Source of the DNA: Malacoraja senta
Lineage: Eukaryota
Direction: 5' to 3'
DNA: 60,000 nucleotides
Assembly: GCA_038087875.1 (NCBI GenBank)
Contig: CM075990.1
Location: 15,502,001-15,562,000 of the forward strand
Both the position numbers and the translations under genes were made by a program. Positions 53,919-60,000 of the stretch are shown here, piece after piece (within the stretch, counting starts at the first letter, position 1; each line of letters begins with the position of its first letter). The notes under the pieces were generated by a model. That model ran no database searches. It was not told the DNA's origin and saw only the letters and a list, made by a program, of their open reading frames with translations.

Positions 53919-54167
53919 ATTTTTCACACAGAGAGTGGTGAATCTCTGGAACTCTCTGCCACAGAGGGTAGTTGAGGCCAGTTCATTGGCTATATTTAAG
54001 AGGGAGTTAGATGTGGCCCTTGTGGCTAAAGGGATCAGGGGGTATGGAGAGAAGGCAGGTACGGGATACTGAGTTGGATGATCAGCCATGATCATATTGA
54101 ATGGCGGTGCAGGCTCGAAGGGCCGAATGGCCTACTCCTGCACCTATTTTCTATGTATCTATGTATC
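53919..54167 (+). mobile_element. Young CR1 3' end (same subfamily) inserted in a Penelope-derived repeat; a shorter tail copy lies at about 50562-50646
   Basis: FFTQRVVNLWNSLPQRVVEASSLAIFKRELD and the 3'UTR match 23042-23290. Confidence 0.88.
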
Positions 54168-56736
54168 TTCGCTTTAAACCAGCATCTGCAGTTCTTTCCT
54201 CCACATACTGTGGAGACTTCAATTCAACCGCAGTTGATAGAAATGGTTGGAGAGCTTTAGTGATGAGAACCATGTGGAAGTGTGACATGGGGGATGCAGA
54301 AACAACATCTTACCCAGTCAGTGATTAAGGTGAAGAATCTAACCTATATAATCCATGGTATTTGGATGATGAACTGTATTACAAGGATTAAGTTGGCAAA
54401 ACCTCTGCAGATTAAATTGTAGACAATCAAATGGAATATTATAGGCACATTTTTAATTACATTGAATAATTCTTCTTTTTAATTCCTGTTGCTAGGGGAA
54501 CATGTGATGAAATCATTTGGTCTTTTAAAAAAAAAAAATTTAAAGTCCAAATAACAAAACTATGTAATAATAAAGAGAGACAAAAAGTGCCGGAGTCAAG
54601 GGCCTGTCCCACTTATGCGATTTTTTTCTGCGATTTGCCGGCACCCGTCATAGTCGCAGCAGGTTGACGGAAATTTTCAACATGTTGAAAATCCAGTGGC
54701 GACCAGAAAAATGTATGACTCTTTGGGCGACTACTCACGACCATACAGGCGTTACCCTGCGACATCAGGTAAGGCTGCATCCCTGGAAAATATGGATACA
54801 TTATGTTTTGGGTCGGGACCTTTCTTCAGATTTGGTCCCAGGATTGATCCACAGCCTGTTCGAACTCAACACTAATGGGAGGCAAGGATTCTGCACAGGG
54901 TCTCAAATGGGTTCAAGAAAATTCCTTGCCCTGACATCTTGCTCAGTCAAAGAAGGGACAGGGACAGTTTAAAAATCTTCATCTTTCAACGTCACGTTGC
55001 CTTAGCTTTGGCATGAACTGTTGTTCCAGCCCTTTCTACTGCACAATAACACAGAGGTGAACTTCAAGCACAGGTTCAGAGCTCTTCCCATAGGAACCAC
55101 TGACCTGTGGCAATGATGAAGTGCATACTTGGTACTGGCAGTGCTCCCATTACAATATTTCCATCATATACGTTGTAAGCCGGTCCAAAAAGCTTGCAAA
55201 AGCTAAAATGCATTGAACCAATTTTATTTGGCTAACAGATTGACTCTGAACACCAGTACCACTCGCTTCTCTTCATCGCACAATGGTTTAAGGTTATTTA
55301 TATTGCTGGCTTTTTCAAGTTTACTGTGAATAAACACAGCCATCCATCATCGGCAAGAGCTGGTGGTTAGCGTTTAATCTCCCTCATGCTAAACAATCTT
55401 TGTAACACAAGGGTGATGCAATTGTGCCCTGATTTATTCCCTCGTGCTAACTCTGTTGCATGGTATTGATGTGGAGAGAAACCTATTCATTGTCTTCAGA
55501 AAAAATAATAGCTAAGTAAGCAAGGATTTTTCTTTTAAAAAAAAGCCCAGAATAGGTGCACTTTACGAAAAGGTTTCCAACAGTTCATTAGTGTCAGTAA
55601 ATTAAACAGATGCATCTGAATGGTGATTAGATCAGAATAAAACTCCAGAGAGACACTTTACCAATGAGCTTAATTAAATCATTGCTCAATACGTACTCCA
55701 CACAAGAACCTGCAGATGCTGGAATCATGAGCTAAAAACAAACTGTTGGAGGAACTTAGCAGATGTAGTTTAGTTTAGTTACGGCGCGGAAACAGGCTAT
55801 TCGGCCCAACGAGTCCGCACCCACCAGCGATCCCCACACATTAATACTACCCTACACACACTAGGGACAATTTTACATTTATACCAAGCCAATTAACCTA
55901 CATGCCTGTACATCTTTGGAATGTGGAAGGAAAAGGAAGATCTCGGAGCAAACCCATGCAGGTCATGGGGAGAACGTACAAACTCCGTATAGTCATGATC
56001 GAATCCGGGTCTCTGGCCCTGTAAGGCAGTCTCTCTACCACTACGCCACCGTGCTGCCCTGCCAAGATCTATCCCCATCAGGAACCTGAGGGGCAACTTT
56101 TTTTACACAAAGTGTGGTACGTACTGTATATTGAATGAGCTGCCAGAAGATGTAGTTGAGCCAGGTACTTTCACATTTTGACAGGTACATGGATAGGATA
56201 GGTTTAGAGGGATAAGGGCTAAATGCAGGCAGATGGGGCTAATGTAGATAGGGCATGTTGGTCAATGTGGGCAAGTTGGGCCGAAGGGCCTCTTGCACTA
56301 TGACTCCATGGAGCAAAGTGGGCTGATAATGTTTTGGGTCAGGACCCTTCTTCAAGACCATGTCTCGAAGAAGGGTCCCAACCCGAAATGTCATCGGTAT
56401 ATTTCCCTCCGCAGATGCTGCCTGACACGTTGAGTTCCTCCAACAATATGTTTGAATTTAGGACTAAGGTGAGAAGAAATATCTTTTATACAGGGTGTTT
56501 GTAAGTCTTTCGAAATTTCTACCATAGAGAATGCAATGACTCTAAACTGCTCTTTGAAATGACTCGGTTCTAGTAATTGTGTCTGGATTATGTTCTGTTA
56601 GTACAAGCTGGGAGGGGAACATAATGGAATTAGGTCTGCAGCCAGTGTAATTACAGAAACTTCATGTGGTGTTTCCCACTTGAATGTTGACAGCAAGTTC
56701 AACTGGTAGTGTAGCAATAATCTGGTAACATCATTT

Positions 56737-57003
56737 GGAAACAGAGCCTTCTCCAGGGCAGCTCCCAGGCTCTGGAACTCCCTCCCACAATTGATTCGAA
56801 ATTCTGAGTCCCTCACCATCTTCCAGTCCCGCCTCAAGACCCATCTCTTCACCTCTGCATACCCTTAGTCCCATGTCCCCCTTCCCTTTGCATCTCTGTC
56901 TTACTGCTCTATTTTGTTTTGTTCTTGACTCTCCATGTTAAGCGACTTTGAGTCCTTGAAAAGCGCTATATAAAATAAATGTATTATTATTATTATTATT
57001 ATT
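56737..57003 (+). mobile_element. L2-clade LINE 3' end with an (ATT)n tail
   Basis: 56737-56868 translates as GNRAFSRAAPRLWNSLPQLIRNSESLTIFQSRLKTHLFTSAYP*. Tail aagcgactttgagtccttgaaaagcgctatataaa(…)(att)n. Confidence 0.88.
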
Positions 57004-57461
57004 TGTGGAGAACTCTTAGTGATGGGCAATATATCCCAACATCCATTAATGAATGAATAAAAACAGGTTTAGATAAGATAGAAAGAGAAAAGGGGAGAAA
57101 AGGTACCTCTGTCTGGTGATGTTATAAAGACCAGAGGATAATAATTTCAGATTTTGGGTAAGAGATACACGTGGGTAAGAGTGTCAGGTAAGGAGAACTT
57201 ATGTGTTTATGCAGTGAATTTTTTTTCTTAACTTTTTTTGCACATTCTTTCTTTTATTAATTTGATATGCGATTTATCTATGTTTAAGAAAGAACTGCAG
57301 ATGCTGAAGAAATCGAAGGTAGACAAAAATGCTGGAGAAACTCAGTGGGTGAGGCAACATCTATGATGCTGTTTGTGCTTGTTTGTCTGAGTATATGTGC
57401 CAGTGATGTTGCTACAAGCAAGATTTTTGTGTGTACTAAAACCTCATCAGACACGTGCAGA

Positions 57462-57835
57462 TAGGGTTGCCAACTGTCCCGTATTAGCCGGGACATCCCG
57501 TATATTGGGCTAAATTGGTTTGTCCCATACGGGCCCGCCCTTGTCCCGTATTTGACTGCTACTACTCGGGGCGAGGGGACTGTCGGGTCGGAGCGCCGTG
57601 TCCGGCCCCTGCCTCACCCGTCCTGACGTAGTGCAGCCCATGGAGTGCAGCAGCAGCAGCGCCTCGCCCGTGGCCCCGTCGGTCGGCAGCCCGGCCAGCT
57701 GTCCGACCTTTGAATCTTCGCTTACCGCCGACACCACCCCCCACCCCTCCTTCTCATGGCCGATCATCGGTTCATGAGTTGGATGGGGTGCCGGACTTTG
57801 CGAGTGACGTCGCGCGGCCCGGGCCAAACCTCCTC
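57462..57835 (+). mobile_element. Truncated hAT-like element end, GC/CpG-rich
   Basis: Starts tagggttgccaact with subterminal tgtcccgtat repeats. No clear partner TIR. Followed by a SINE tail. Confidence 0.6.
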
Positions 57836-58920
57836 AGTAGGATAGTGCTAATGTGTGGGGGCCGCTGGTCGGCGCGGACTCGGTGGGCTGAAGAGGCTGT
57901 TTCCATTCGATATCTTTTTAAAATAAAAATTCAGTTCCCGAAAGAAGATAAAGAATCTGATGCATGTTTCTAACAATCAGGACGTTTCATGTTTACTGGG
58001 GCCAGCGTATATTTTAAGTTCCAGACTTATTTAATTGCTTGAATATAAATTCCCTGGCTGTCACAGTGGGATTGACGCGTGTCTCTGAGTCAATGGTCCA
58101 GCACTGGCCACTGGTCCCGTGACTCAATCATTAAACAGAGCACGGCCACAGTCGAGTACACAGAGACAACTTTCTCCCTCCACATAGACATCAAGCATTG
58201 GAAGAATAAATCAGTGAATCCAATCACAGCAATTGCCTTGTGATGATGTGAGATGCACAAAGTAAACATGAGAATAATTCCACGGAGGCCTCTCCACTCT
58301 GTCTACATAGACAGGCATTATTGGCAGGTGCACTCAGCCTGATGTGCCTAATGGTGTGAACATTGAGTTTTTCCGGTTGCTGGCAACCCACTCTCCCTGC
58401 CTTCCTTTCCCACTCCCACAAGTCTACCCAGGTTCACTCCGCCTTTGTTCACCTCTTCCATCCCTAACTCCTCATTACCAAGACTCATTACACTTCCTCA
58501 TCTGTTTCTATCTGCCCATCACCCCCTCCTTCATCTGGTTCCATCAGATCTACCAGCCTCTACCCTTCCCACAACTAGCTCCGTTTGTCCATTCTCTATT
58601 TCTAACCAACACCCACCTCCCTCCATCTCATGTATTTGTACAGGATGTCTATTCTTTGCATTCTACGTTCTGAAGCAATGTCTTGACCTGTAACATTGAC
58701 CATCCTCTGCCTCCATACCTGCTGACTGACCAACTGAGTTCTTCCAGCAGTTTGCTTAGCCTGATTAATGCTGTTTGGCTACTGAGGGGGGGGGGGGGCA
58801 TGGGGACTTCTATGTCACTATCAATGGCATAACTTTAATTCTATTCTTCACAAACCTTCACCTAATGGCCAAGAGCTGGTGGAGAAGTCCTACACACAAA
58901 ATAGTTTCTTGAACTGACAT

Positions 58921-59272
58921 AATAATAATAATAATAATGGATGGGATTTATATAGCGCCTTTCTAATACTCAAGGTGCTTTACATCACATTATTCATTCA
59001 CTCCTCAGTCACACTCGGTGGTGGTGAGCTACTTCTGTAGCCACAGCTGCCCTGGGGCAGACTGACGGAAGCGTGGCTGCTAATCTGCGCCTACGGCCCC
59101 TCCGACCACCACCAATCACTCACACACATTCACACACATTCACACGCAGGCAAAGGTGGGTGAAGTGTCTTGCCCAAGGACACAACGACAGTATGCACTC
59201 CAAGCAGGATTCGAACCGGCTACCTTCCGGTTGCCAGCCGAACACTTAGCCCATTGCGCCATCTGTCGTCCC
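58921..59272 (-). mobile_element. Full-length tRNA-derived SINE with a CORE-like segment and an L2-type (ATT)n tail
   Basis: Minus strand: A box TGGCGCAATGG, B box GGTTCGAATCC, gttgtgtccttgggcaagacactt, tail aaaggcgctatataaat...(att)n. tgacat flanks both ends (58915-58920 and 59274-59279). Confidence 0.85.
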
Positions 59273-59394
59273 TTGACATTGAGAGATAGCATCTTCCCGT
59301 GAAGCCTTTCCTGGATGCATCAAGTCGGGGGGGGCTACCATATTTGCTCTCCAGCCTGCACATATCTATAGGAGAGACATCATGTGCTGCCAGC

Positions 59395-59470
59395 CTCTCT
59401 GTCTCCATCTCTGTCGCTGTCTCTGTCTCTCTGTCTCTCTCTCTGTCGCTGTCTCTGTCTCTCTCTCTCA
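59395..59470. repeat. (CTCTGT)/(CT)n-like microsatellite
   Basis: ctctctgtctccatctctgtcgctgtctctgtctctctg... Confidence 0.85.
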
Positions 59471-60000
59471 TTTGTTTCCCCCTCCAAAGGAAAGAGCTGC
59501 TTCCCTTCCCCTGGTCGAATCTGGCAACATTAATGAGAAAGGGATTAGTGCTCTTATCCACAATCCCTCTACAATCCATGTGCAGCATTACAACCTCTTC
59601 CATAAACCATTTAACTGGATTATCACAATCCAGCTCAGCTCTCAGTGAAATCACAAACCTTTCACCCAAACTGCTTGTTGTTTAAAATATCGTACATTAT
59701 TTATACTCAAAGCCTGATGAATGGAAAAACAAACTAAGCCCTTCTGTTGTGCAACTGGGTCATTCGGTAAAGGCAGCCAGAATCATGAATGACGCAGACT
59801 AAGTCTCAATGACTGAGAGCAATCGGGACTCATTGAGGATTTAATTCAGGGTTTAGGGTGAGAGGGATTCGGAGAGGAATTTATGGGGCTGGAATCATCC
59901 TACCACAACCAGAGAGCAATGCTGAACTATTATCTACCTCTTTGATGACCCTCGGACTATCATTGGTCAGACTTTGCTGGCTTTACTAAATGCTATTCAC

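Noticed and set aside
57462..57890. CpG-island-like segment as an internal promoter
   Set aside because: It begins exactly at a hAT-like terminus and ends in a SINE tail, so it is better explained as a young transposon fragment.

Overview
Eukaryotic genomic DNA, very probably from a cartilaginous fish (skate/ray-like). The evidence for this is the HE1-type SINEs, CR1/HER1-type LINEs and Penelope-like repeats. The window lies inside one large minus-strand gene, KCNMA1 (Slo1, the BK Ca2+-activated K+ channel alpha subunit) or a very close paralog. Seven exons can be read with GT-AG boundaries and consistent phases: 52410-52485 (S4-S5 linker/S5), 49945-50115 (pore, GYGD, S6), a tandem pair of 92-nt mutually exclusive exons 35282-35373 and 35105-35196 (S6 C-terminus/C-linker), 25377-25487, 18034-18139 and 14741-14822 (RCK1). 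The last exon is 1 nt short and frameshifted, and lies about 0.8 kb from a 200-N assembly gap. The introns are packed with nested transposons: CR1, L1, L2 and Rex1-like LINE ends, tRNA-derived SINEs, PIF/Harbinger-like and hAT-like MITEs, and many palindromic Penelope-like elements. The Penelope-like elements carry minimal hammerhead-ribozyme motifs, and one retains a GIY-YIG fragment. Highlights are (1) the exon 9/9alt switch, which encodes the low-conductance 'electroreceptor-type' vestibule ([10 protein letters not shown]) and has an 85-nt spacer intron containing two UGCAUG motifs and a donor-proximal branch-point-like sequence; (2) the hammerhead-bearing inverted-repeat retroelements; and (3) the exon 12 frameshift. 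Exon numbers follow recalled human numbering. Repeat boundaries are approximate unless a TSD is given.
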